This document shows positions 1 to 8,241 of a stretch of DNA of 49,792 bases, in pieces. Position 1 is the stretch's first letter, and every line of letters begins with the position of its first letter. Under the pieces are notes generated by a model. That model was not told the DNA's origin. It was given only the letters and a program-made list of their open reading frames with translations, and did no database searches. The position numbers and the translations under genes are program-made. Source of the DNA: Deltaproteobacteria bacterium (lineage in GTDB: Bacteria > Myxococcota_A > Polyangia > DRWM01 > JAAZOP01); assembly GCA_016930215.1 (NCBI GenBank), contig JAFGHH010000387.1:1-49792 (forward strand), read 5' to 3'.

Positions 1-576
1 CAGATGGTGACCAAGGGGCACGACTTCCCCGGGGTGACGCTGGTCGGCATCCTGCGGGCGGACATGGGGCTGCAGGTGTTCGACTTCCGCGCCGCGGAGC
101 GCACGTTCCAGCTGCTGACGCAGGTCGCCGGTCGAGCAGGCCGGGGGGAGGAGCCGGGGCGGGTGCTGCTGCAGACCTTCCTGCCCGAGCACTACGCGAT
201 CGCGGCCGCGGCGGCCCAGGACTACGCGGCGTTCGTGCGGGCCGAGCTGCCGGCGCGACGCGAGCTGGGCTACCCGCCGTTCGGGGCGCTGGCCTTGCTG
301 CGGGGCGAGGGGCCGGAGGAGCCCCGGGTGGTCGAGGCGATGGAGCGGCTGGCGGAGGTGCTGCGACCGGCGGCGGACGCCTCGGGCGTGGAGCTTCTGG
401 GACCGGCGCCGGCCCCCCTGCCCCGCCTGCGCGGCGCCTATCGTCGGCACCTGCTGCTCAAGGGGCCGACGCGCCGCGCCGTCCGCGAGGTTGCCGAGCG
501 GGCGGCGGTGTGGGCGGAACGAGCGCCCCGCGGCGTGCGCGTGATCCTCGACATCGATCCCCTGCACCTCGTATAG
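1..576 (+). CDS. priA: Primosomal protein N' (PriA), C-terminal part; 5' end lies outside the window
   Basis: Motifs QMVTKGHDFPGVTLVG, DFRAAERTFQLLTQVAGRAGR, YPPF, LGPAPAP and the C-terminal DIDP are characteristic of PriA. Confidence 0.95.
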   Translation, partial: QMVTKGHDFPGVTLVGILRADMGLQVFDFRAAERTFQLLTQVAGRAGRGEEPGRVLLQTFLPEHYAIAAAAAQDYAAFVRAELPARRELGYPPFGALALLRGEGPEEPRVVEAMERLAEVLRPAADASGVELLGPAPAPLPRLRGAYRRHLLLKGPTRRAVREVAERAAVWAERAPRGVRVILDIDPLHLV

Positions 577-577
577 A

Positions 578-2947
578 ATGCCGGTCATGATGTCCACCGC
601 CCTCGCCTGGCTCGTCTGGCTCGCCGGGACCCTCCCGTCCGACTCCGGGATGAAGCAGGAATCGCCGGAGGTCGACGTGGTGCCCCTGGGGGACGACGGG
701 CGACCCCTCCCCCCCGGCCCGGAAATGACCCTCGAGGACGAGGGGTCGGTCGTGTCGACCGTGCGCGCGGTGCCGGAGCCGGCGCCGGCGGCGGAATCGC
801 TGTCGGTGCCCGGTCCGTTGGAGGTGCGGGTGGCGGTGCGGCGGGTGGTGGCGGAGCAGATCCGGATCGTGCCGATCGAGATCCGCGGGTCGGGAGCGCT
901 GCCGGGGCTGCACGGCGTGGCGACGATGGGCGAGCTGCGCGCGCCCGAGTTGGTGGAGCCGGGCGTCTATCGGGCGCAGCTGCGCCTGCCGACGCTGCAA
1001 GGCCCGGCCGTCATCCTGGTCGTGTTCCGCACCGACGACCGTGCGGGCTTTGCACGCGTCCACGTCTGGAAGAAGGCGAACCTCGAGATCGATACCGAAC
1101 CCGGGGCACGGGTGCGCGTGGAGGTCGCGGGCGAGACCTTCGGTCCGGTACGGGCGGCCGGGCGGCAGGCGACGGTCGAGGTCGAGATCCCGCCGGGCGC
1201 CGAGAACGCACGCGTGATCGCGACGGACGCCGCCGGGAACGAGACGACGCGCACCCTGAACCTGCCGGGACAACCGTTCCGACGGGCGCTCGTGCTCCCG
1301 CCCGCGGAGCGGATCCTCGCCGACGACGGACCCGTGCTGCCCGTGCTCGTCGCGGTCACCGACGGCGCGGGCGGCCTGCCACGGGACTGGTCGGTGGAGG
1401 CCGAGAGCGGCGCCGTGGGCAGCCCGGCGGAGATCCAGGCCGGTCTCCGCCTCTACCCGTGGCGTCCCTCCCGCGCGCTCGGCGAGAAGGCGCTCGCCGT
1501 GCGCGTGGGAGACGAGGCGCCGGAGCGTCACACGGTCGAGATGGTCGCCGGTCCGCCGATCGGGATCGAGATCCAGGCCATGCCGCTCCTGTTGCCCGCC
1601 GACGGCCTCTCGACGTCGACCGTCTACGCCGGGGTCTCGGACGGCCTCGGACACTACATCGATGTGGGTCCGATCGAGATGGAGCTCGCCGGGGGAACGG
1701 TGGTGCAGGAGCCGGCGCAGAGCGGTCCGCTGGTGATCGCGACGGTCGGGTCCGACCGGATGACGGCGGGCGCCGAGGCGCCGGCGGCGATCGTCGTGCG
1801 GGCGCGCGGGGGCGGCCACGAGGGAGTCGTGGCGATCCGGCAGTTCAACCCCGACGCGCGCGGCCTGCGCCTGATGCCGGCCGAGACGCGGCTGCCCGCC
1901 GATGGGCAGAGTCGCACGACGGTTCGCGTCGAGGTGCTCGACGGATTCGGTGAGCCGCTCCCCGACAACGGCCGGCTCCTGCTGTCGGCCCTGGGGGGCG
2001 AGGTTCCCGCGGAGGCCGAGCTGGAGAACGGGCAGGGCACGTTCGAGTTCCGGGCGGGAACGTCCGCCGGGATCGCGACGATTCGCGCGGAACGCGAGGG
2101 CGTCGTCGCCCAGCTCGCGATGACCCTGGACGCCGGACCACCCGCGCGACTGCGGGCGGAAGCCCGAACGGACGACCTCGCCGGGCGCGGGCACTACGTG
2201 ATCCGCGCTCGACTGGAGGACCGGTTCGGCAACGGCGTCTCCCCCGAAGGTCAACCGGCCTTCCGCGCCGGCGCCACGCGCGGCTCGGTGGCGTCGTTCG
2301 AGCCGGTGGACGCCGCCGGGAACGAGGACGTCGGTTGGATGGAGGCCGCCTTCGTGCTGGTCGGTGACGCGACGAAGGCCGTGGAGGTGCGGATCGAGGC
2401 GGGAGAATGGTTCGACACGGTGCGGGTCGAGCCGGAAGGCGCGGCGGCGTTGTATCTCGGCCTGGCCGCGGGTTACGTCCACAACCTCGGCGATGCGGGC
2501 CTCGTGCCGTTGCGGCTGGGCGTCGGCTGGATCGATGCGTTCGGCGCCCGCGGGTTCCAGTTCGGCGCGGAGCTCGGATACAACGCCCTGCGCCTGTCGC
2601 TCGAGCCGCGCACCACCGAGTCCTACGAGGTCCAGGGGGACGCCCTCACCGCCTACCTCGTGCTGGGTTACCGCTGGCCCGTCGCTTCCTGGCTGACGAT
2701 CCTGGGGGAACTGGGACTCGGGATGGAAGTGGGATGGTTCGAGGTGAATCCGCCCGGTGCGTCGCCGAACATCGACGCCGACGCCCTCGTCGCCTTCAGC
2801 GTCGGGGCCCGGCTCGTCTTCGGCTTCCCCGTGGGCCCCGGGCTGATCGCGCTGCAGCTGGCCTACGACGATGCCCGGTACGACGACCTGGTGCGGGGCA
2901 ACATCGGCGGCCTCGGCGGCCTCCTCGGATACCGGATCGAGCTCTGA
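578..2947 (+). CDS. Secreted protein with several Ig-like (Big_1/invasin-type) domains and a C-terminal outer-membrane beta-barrel
   Basis: Signal-like N-terminus; two Big_1-like signatures (LPADGLSTSTVYAGVSDGLG, LPADGQSRTTVRVEVLDGFGEP); the C-terminal ~170 aa has alternating aromatic/Gly beta-strands and ends LGYRIEL. Confidence 0.6.
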   Translation: MPVMMSTALAWLVWLAGTLPSDSGMKQESPEVDVVPLGDDGRPLPPGPEMTLEDEGSVVSTVRAVPEPAPAAESLSVPGPLEVRVAVRRVVAEQIRIVPIEIRGSGALPGLHGVATMGELRAPELVEPGVYRAQLRLPTLQGPAVILVVFRTDDRAGFARVHVWKKANLEIDTEPGARVRVEVAGETFGPVRAAGRQATVEVEIPPGAENARVIATDAAGNETTRTLNLPGQPFRRALVLPPAERILADDGPVLPVLVAVTDGAGGLPRDWSVEAESGAVGSPAEIQAGLRLYPWRPSRALGEKALAVRVGDEAPERHTVEMVAGPPIGIEIQAMPLLLPADGLSTSTVYAGVSDGLGHYIDVGPIEMELAGGTVVQEPAQSGPLVIATVGSDRMTAGAEAPAAIVVRARGGGHEGVVAIRQFNPDARGLRLMPAETRLPADGQSRTTVRVEVLDGFGEPLPDNGRLLLSALGGEVPAEAELENGQGTFEFRAGTSAGIATIRAEREGVVAQLAMTLDAGPPARLRAEARTDDLAGRGHYVIRARLEDRFGNGVSPEGQPAFRAGATRGSVASFEPVDAAGNEDVGWMEAAFVLVGDATKAVEVRIEAGEWFDTVRVEPEGAAALYLGLAAGYVHNLGDAGLVPLRLGVGWIDAFGARGFQFGAELGYNALRLSLEPRTTESYEVQGDALTAYLVLGYRWPVASWLTILGELGLGMEVGWFEVNPPGASPNIDADALVAFSVGARLVFGFPVGPGLIALQLAYDDARYDDLVRGNIGGLGGLLGYRIEL

Positions 2948-2977
2948 CCACCACGCGGACGGCGGGCGCGACGAGGC

Positions 2978-3643
2978 CTACAAGCTGTCGCCCTGGCACG
3001 CCACCAGCTCGGCGTCGAGCAGCAACCTGTGGCCGGGGCGGAGCTTCAACCCGGTCGCGACGAAGGAGTGGGAGGGCACGCCGCGCGTGTCGATGGCGTC
3101 GACCCGGACCTCGTACGATCCGGGAAGCAGGTCGTCGAGGATCGCCAGGCCGCGATCGCAACGGAAGGCCGCGGTGGCAATCTCCAGGTCCGACGTGTAC
3201 AGGCTGACCAGCACCTGCTCCACGCCGTAGGCGGAGCAGAGGCGACCGCCCTGGAAGAACCACGCCAGGTCAATCGACCCCGGCCGCGGAGCCAACCGCG
3301 CAAGATACGAAACCGGCTCGAGCCCTTCCTGGACCGTCAGGTCGGAAATCGTCGCCTCGTAGGCCTCCACGTCCTGCTCGTCGAAGCCGGAGAGGCGGAC
3401 ACGATACGAGCCGACCGGCAGGTCGCGGAAGCGTACGACGTGGGCGTCGCACGGCGCGTCCTGACGGGCGAGGAGCGTGCCGTCGCGGGTTTCCAGACGG
3501 GCCGTGACGTAGTCAAGGCCGGCCTGGGCGCAGCTGCCGGTCAGCCCGACGGCCCACTGGACTTCGGCGTCCCCGGTCCCTTCCGGGGCACAGCCCGGGA
3601 GGAAGACCGACAGTACGAGGAGGGGGGTGAAGCGCTCGAGCAT
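2978..3643 (-). CDS. Lipoprotein with two tandem beta-sandwich-like repeats (221 aa)
   Basis: ATG at 3643 with an AAGGAG RBS; lipobox LPGC; two internal copies of W..(C)..G...V...C......DL..GSY.V....D. Confidence 0.65.
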   Translation of the reverse strand: MLERFTPLLVLSVFLPGCAPEGTGDAEVQWAVGLTGSCAQAGLDYVTARLETRDGTLLARQDAPCDAHVVRFRDLPVGSYRVRLSGFDEQDVEAYEATISDLTVQEGLEPVSYLARLAPRPGSIDLAWFFQGGRLCSAYGVEQVLVSLYTSDLEIATAAFRCDRGLAILDDLLPGSYEVRVDAIDTRGVPSHSFVATGLKLRPGHRLLLDAELVACQGDSL

Positions 3644-3707
3644 GACCCATCTCTCCTTTCCCGCGGGCCGTACGGTGGATGACCGGTGGGCCCACTTCAT
3701 CGAGGAG

Positions 3708-3736
3708 ATCGTATCATGTACGACAAAGACACACAA
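3708..3736 (-). promoter_or_regulatory. Putative sigma70 promoter (extended -10) for the 3643 lipoprotein
   Basis: Minus strand TTGTGT-N17-TACGAT with TG one base upstream of the -10, in an AT-enriched intergenic stretch. Confidence 0.35.
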
Positions 3737-3862
3737 ATTCTCACACCGGGCAACCATGTAGCGCCGACTGGCAAACAAAACACAACAACATCCACAACAT
3801 GCGGCCACACCAGGGAACGTGTGGGACAAGGCAAGCGGGTGGTGCAAGGAAAGCCGGACGAC

Positions 3863-3878
3863 TGTTTCACATGCAACA
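3863..3878. promoter_or_regulatory. parS-like site 1
   Basis: TGTTTCACATGCAACA; its reverse complement TGTTGCATGTGAAACA differs by one base from the parS consensus TGTTNCACGTGAAACA. Confidence 0.6.
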
Positions 3879-3954
3879 GGGGCGTTTCTTCGGCGGCCCT
3901 CGGGAGAAGATGTGGTGTGCGAGAGGGGGGCAGTGGAGGGAGCCCGGGCGGGGG

Positions 3955-3970
3955 TGTTTCACGTGCAACG
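3955..3970. promoter_or_regulatory. parS-like site 2
   Basis: TGTTTCACGTGCAACG; its reverse complement CGTTGCACGTGAAACA differs by one terminal base from the consensus. It overlaps the stop codon of the DnaJ-like gene. Confidence 0.65.
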
Positions 3971-4870
3971 AGTGCGAGGACGCTGCGGGGAACGGTCCTG
4001 GAGCCATCCGGCGCGCGGGTCATGCGGGTAGGCCGCGACCAAGGCGGCGGCGAGGCGGAGGTGTTCCCCGGAGACGTTCTGGGGAACGCGGACCGTGGGG
4101 TAGAGGAAGAGGTGTCCGGGGGGGCGGTGAGAGCCAGGGGGAGCGGGCAATCCGAAGCCGCGAACCCGCAGCACGTGCGAACCGTCGCTGCCGGCGGGGA
4201 CGGAGACGGAGACGAGGCCGAGCGGCGCGGGAACCTGGAGGCGCACCCCCGCCAGCGCCTCGGGAATCGTCAGCGGCAGCTCCACGTGCAGGTCGTCGCC
4301 TTCGATCCGAACGTGCGGGGGGAGGCGGACGCGGAGACGAATCCGCAGGTCGCCGCGTGCGCCTCCGGGCGATTCCGTGCCCGCGCCGACGACCCGTACG
4401 AGATCGCCGTCGCGGGTCCCGGGCGGAAGGCGGAGGACCACCCGACGGACGACCCGCCGCACACCGTGCCCGCCGCAGCTCGGACAGACGCCCCGCCGTG
4501 TCCGGGGAGTCGTCCGACAGGCACACGGTGCGTCGAAATGCAACCGTGCCGCCAGCTCGCCGCCACGCACCGCCTCGCCCAGCCCCACCGTGAACTCGGC
4601 CGCGACGTCGGCCGCCGCGCGGCGGTCCCCGGCCGGTACCCGATCCGGCCGGCCGTTCGACGTGTCGCCCTCCCCTCCCCTCCCGCCGGCGGCCCCGCGC
4701 GTCAACGTCCGCAAGGCGTCGACCAGCTGCTTGAACTCCTCCTCGGCGAGTCGATCGTTCGGCCGCCGGTCGGGATGCAGCTCGCGAGCACGCCGCCGGA
4801 ACGCCCGACGGATCTCGTCCGCTCCGGCTCCACGCCGCACCCCCAGCACCACCCACGGATCCCCTTGCAT
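3959..4870 (-). CDS. DnaJ/CbpA-like co-chaperone (J domain plus DnaJ C-terminal domain, 303 aa)
   Basis: ATG at 4870 with a GGAGG RBS; DPWVVLGV...EIRRAFRRRARELHPD (HPD motif); GDLRIRL, EGDDLHVELPLTIPEALAG and LRVRGFG match the DnaJ C-domain. Confidence 0.85.
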   Translation of the reverse strand: MQGDPWVVLGVRRGAGADEIRRAFRRRARELHPDRRPNDRLAEEEFKQLVDALRTLTRGAAGGRGGEGDTSNGRPDRVPAGDRRAAADVAAEFTVGLGEAVRGGELAARLHFDAPCACRTTPRTRRGVCPSCGGHGVRRVVRRVVLRLPPGTRDGDLVRVVGAGTESPGGARGDLRIRLRVRLPPHVRIEGDDLHVELPLTIPEALAGVRLQVPAPLGLVSVSVPAGSDGSHVLRVRGFGLPAPPGSHRPPGHLFLYPTVRVPQNVSGEHLRLAAALVAAYPHDPRAGWLQDRSPQRPRTRCT

Positions 4871-5053
4871 GCGACCTCCCGCGTCACCACGCCCGGAACG
4901 ATCGGTCACGAGCGGTTTGACTCGTCCGGCGTCGCGTAGTACCCCACGCGTTGCGGCGCCGCGGCGAGCGATCGGCAGGATCGCCGGTCCCCGGAGCGGA
5001 AGCAAGAGCACCCTCCCCGCCCGGTCCCAGCGCGCCGCCCGTGGGAGCATCCG

Positions 5054-5908
5054 ATGGCGGAACGGTCCGGCCTGGCTTGGCGCTTCGTCTCCGCGGGGGT
5101 CATCGTCCCGGTCCTCTTGGCCTGCGTCTTCTGGCTCCCTCCCTGGTCCCTCCTCGCCTTCTGCGGGCTGGCCTGCCTCGCCGCCGGCTGGGAAGCGCTC
5201 GGGGTCGTCGCCCCCTCCCCGGCCGTGATCGACCCCGTCGAGCGTTGGTTCGGCACCGTGCTGGCGGCGGGGATCGGCGTCGGGTCCGTCCTGGCCCTGC
5301 TCTATCGGCCCTTCGTCCTGGTCGCGGCCTTCCCCGCAGTGTTCCTGGCGACGCTGATCCTGCTCGTGTTGCGCCCGCGCGCGATCGAGACATTCTCCCA
5401 CCGCGCCGCGGCCCTGACCTTCGCCCCGCTGTACGTCGGCCTCGGCCTCGCCGTCTACCCGAGCCTGCGCTATCTGTTCGTCCACGGCGACCGCTGGGTC
5501 CTGCTGATCATGACGCTCACGTTCTTCGGCGACACCGCCGCCTACTTCGCCGGCCGGTTCCTGGGCCGTCACAAACTGCACCCGCGTCTCAGCCCGAAAA
5601 AGACCTGGGAAGGGTCGTTCGGCGGCATTCTCGGCAGCACACTCGCCCTGCTGCTCGCACGACTGTGGTATCTTCCCGACGTGCAATGGCTCGACGTGAT
5701 CGTCCTGGCGGTGGCCGCGGGCGGCATCGGCCAGATGGGGGACCTGTTCGAGTCGGCTCTCAAACGCAGCGTCGGCGTCAAGGACTCCGGCACGCTGCTC
5801 CCCGGGCACGGCGGACTGCTCGACCGGGTCGACGCGCTGCTGCCGGCGGGGCTGGTCGTCTTCGGCTGGGGCCTGGCCCGCGGCTCGCTCGTGCTGCTCG
5901 GAGGTTGA
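5054..5908 (+). CDS. cdsA: Phosphatidate cytidylyltransferase
   Basis: Polytopic membrane protein with DTAAYFAG, SPKKTWEG, GDLFESALKR and KDSGTLLPGHGGLLDRVD. Confidence 0.95.
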   Translation: MAERSGLAWRFVSAGVIVPVLLACVFWLPPWSLLAFCGLACLAAGWEALGVVAPSPAVIDPVERWFGTVLAAGIGVGSVLALLYRPFVLVAAFPAVFLATLILLVLRPRAIETFSHRAAALTFAPLYVGLGLAVYPSLRYLFVHGDRWVLLIMTLTFFGDTAAYFAGRFLGRHKLHPRLSPKKTWEGSFGGILGSTLALLLARLWYLPDVQWLDVIVLAVAAGGIGQMGDLFESALKRSVGVKDSGTLLPGHGGLLDRVDALLPAGLVVFGWGLARGSLVLLGG

Positions 5909-5910
5909 CC

Positions 5911-7578
5911 GTGCGCTCCCGTCGTCCCGTCCCGCCGTTCCCCTTGCTGCTGGCGGTGTCGGTCCTCTTCGGGCCGGTCACCGTTGCGGCCCAGCCGACG
6001 TCCGCCTCCGACCCGGGCGCGCCGGCGGGGGAGGGCGATGCAAGCCCGGCGGAGGAGGACGGCGGACCGGAGCTCGCCGTGGATGCCGCCGACGGAGCGT
6101 TCGGGGAGGCCGGACCGCCCGAGCCGCCGCCGGGAGAGGAGGAGCCGTTCGAGGGAACGGTCGTCGAGACCGGGCCTCCGCCCGCCGACGCTCCGGGCGA
6201 CGACGAAGCGGGGGAGGGCGAGCCGTCCGAGGCGCACGTCGTGCGATATTACCTCGAGCGGTTCGAGGTGTCGGGCAACGACCGGACGCGTGCGGAAACC
6301 GTGCTCCGGCTGATGCGGTTCGAGCCCGGCGAGACCTTTCGGGCCGACGACCCCCGCATCGAGGACAGCAAGGTGGCGCTGCTGGCGTCCGGCTTCTTCG
6401 AGGAGGTGCGCTTCTCGCTGCAGCGCGGGTCGCAGCGCGGTTGGGTCGTGTTCGTGGTCCACGTCCGCGAGCGCTGGACGCTGCTGATCGACAACCTCGC
6501 GTTCGGCTACACGACGATCACGCCGTTCGGCGGGTTGGGCGTCTCGGAGCTGAACCTGTTCGGTACCGGCAGTCAGCTCTCCGCGCAGTTCGTGGTCGGT
6601 GACGAGCAGCAGGCCTACCGCCTGCGTTTCCTCGACCCCGCCTTCCTCGGCTCGGACTGGTCGCTGTCCGCCGAGGTCCGGGTCAGCGATGCCCAGGACT
6701 ACCTCGGCTTCACGGGCGTCCGCTCCGTCCGTGCGGACGGCACCGTCGAATCGGACCACGCGACGATCGACTACTGGCGCGTCGGCGGTCGATTCGGCAC
6801 CGGCGTGCGCATCTCCGAGCGGATGCGTGCGGACCTGGGCTACCGTTTCGAGTGGATCGACGCCGACCTGCCGGTGGCGGCGTCGTATCAACGGGGCGCG
6901 GCGGGGGCGACGATGAACGCCCCGATCCCGCTCGACCTCCTCCCCGGCCAGTCGCTCGTCTCGGGCGTCGCCGTCACCTTCTCCTACGACACGCGCGACG
7001 ACCCGTTCCTCCCCACCGAGGGGATGCGGCTGCTGGCCGGCATCGAGCTCGCGCATAACGTCCTCGGCTCGGACTACTCGTTCGCCAAGTTCACCGTCGA
7101 CTGGGCGATGCACTTCGAGCTGCCGTGGCGGCACACGCTGACGGTGTCGATCTTCGCCGGCGCGATCGCCGGCAGCGCGCCGCTGTTCGACCAGTTCTAC
7201 GTCGGCGACCTGTCCGACCTGATCCCTGGCCGGGTCCTCGACCTCAACTTCCACGACTACCCGTCGCTCAACCTGCTCGGCACCAGCATCATCGAGATGC
7301 AGTACGAGGACCTGGCGGCGAAGGTCGGCGTCGAGTACGCGTGGCCGCTGTACCGGAGCCGCTCCGGCTTCCTCTACGGCCTGGACATGTTCCTCGGGCT
7401 CGGTCTCTTCACGCTGGCATCGGCCACCGACGTTGCGCTGCAGGTCCCGGGCTACGCGGGAGGGTCGGTGTTCCCGGTCGACCTGACCGGAGACATCGGC
7501 TTCCGCTTCGACACGATGATTGGTCTGTTTCGGTTGTCCTTCTCGAACGTTATGGGGCTGATCCCCCAGGTGGACTGA
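5911..7578 (+). CDS. Omp85 (BamA/TamA-family) outer membrane protein with a single POTRA domain (555 aa)
   Basis: GTG at 5911 after GGAGG; signal peptide; acidic Pro-rich linker; POTRA-like VSGNDRT...SGFFEEV...VRE; barrel motifs ELNLFGTG, YDTRDDPFLPTEG and DYSFAKF. Confidence 0.8.
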   Translation: MRSRRPVPPFPLLLAVSVLFGPVTVAAQPTSASDPGAPAGEGDASPAEEDGGPELAVDAADGAFGEAGPPEPPPGEEEPFEGTVVETGPPPADAPGDDEAGEGEPSEAHVVRYYLERFEVSGNDRTRAETVLRLMRFEPGETFRADDPRIEDSKVALLASGFFEEVRFSLQRGSQRGWVVFVVHVRERWTLLIDNLAFGYTTITPFGGLGVSELNLFGTGSQLSAQFVVGDEQQAYRLRFLDPAFLGSDWSLSAEVRVSDAQDYLGFTGVRSVRADGTVESDHATIDYWRVGGRFGTGVRISERMRADLGYRFEWIDADLPVAASYQRGAAGATMNAPIPLDLLPGQSLVSGVAVTFSYDTRDDPFLPTEGMRLLAGIELAHNVLGSDYSFAKFTVDWAMHFELPWRHTLTVSIFAGAIAGSAPLFDQFYVGDLSDLIPGRVLDLNFHDYPSLNLLGTSIIEMQYEDLAAKVGVEYAWPLYRSRSGFLYGLDMFLGLGLFTLASATDVALQVPGYAGGSVFPVDLTGDIGFRFDTMIGLFRLSFSNVMGLIPQVD

Positions 7579-7583
7579 CGGTC

Positions 7584-8231
7584 TTGGCAGCACGCGCGCC
7601 GCGTCTTCGCCGCCGACGGCGTCCCTTCGGGCCGCTGCTCGTGGTGGGTCTCCTGTGGCTGGTCGGCGCGCTGGCCTGGGGCGAGTCGGTTCGTACGGTT
7701 CGCACGACGCGGGACGGGAACTGGTTGACGGTCGCCTACTCGGTTTCGGACCTGCTGGACGAGGCGGCGCAGGAGGAGTTGGAGAGCGGGCTGCCGACGC
7801 GCATCGCGCTGCGAGTGATGCTGCGGTCCGAGGGGTCGTCGGACGCGGTCCGGGCATCGATTCGTACCTGCGAGGTGACCTACGACCTGTGGGACGAGGT
7901 GTTCCACATCCACCTCGAGGACGAGCGTCAGTCGAAGTGGTACGACGCGACGAGCCGCAACGACGCGATCCGGCTGTGCACGGCGGTGCGCGACACACGG
8001 CTCGACGTGCGCGGGCTCGAGGCGGGCCGCTACGTGATTGCGGTGGTGGCCGAGCTGAACCCGGTCTCGACGCAGATGCTGGAGGGGCTGCGCGCGTGGC
8101 TGCGGGTGCCGACCGGTGCAGGTGGGGAGGGGCAGAGCTTCTTCGGTTCGTTCGTGGCGATCTTCATCAACCGACGGCTGGGCGAGGCGGATCGCACGAT
8201 TCGCTTCCGCTCCGCGCCGTTCGAGCTGTGA
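7584..8231 (+). CDS. DUF4390-like periplasmic protein (start uncertain)
   Basis: N-terminal TM or signal; LESGLPTRI and VTYDLWDEVF resemble DUF4390; it sits directly upstream of an NtrY-like kinase, the usual DUF4390 context. Confidence 0.65.
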   Translation: MAARAPRLRRRRRPFGPLLVVGLLWLVGALAWGESVRTVRTTRDGNWLTVAYSVSDLLDEAAQEELESGLPTRIALRVMLRSEGSSDAVRASIRTCEVTYDLWDEVFHIHLEDERQSKWYDATSRNDAIRLCTAVRDTRLDVRGLEAGRYVIAVVAELNPVSTQMLEGLRAWLRVPTGAGGEGQSFFGSFVAIFINRRLGEADRTIRFRSAPFEL

Positions 8232-8241
8232 GGGAGACGCG

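Noticed and set aside
3690-3860. AT-enriched stretch with CATCCACA and TGTCCCACA as a possible oriC
   Set aside because: Only poor DnaA-box matches (two or more mismatches), no box cluster and no dnaA/dnaN nearby; a promoter region explains the composition.
3686-4939. 417-aa plus-strand ORF
   Set aside because: Antisense to the DnaJ-like gene, with no recognisable motifs.
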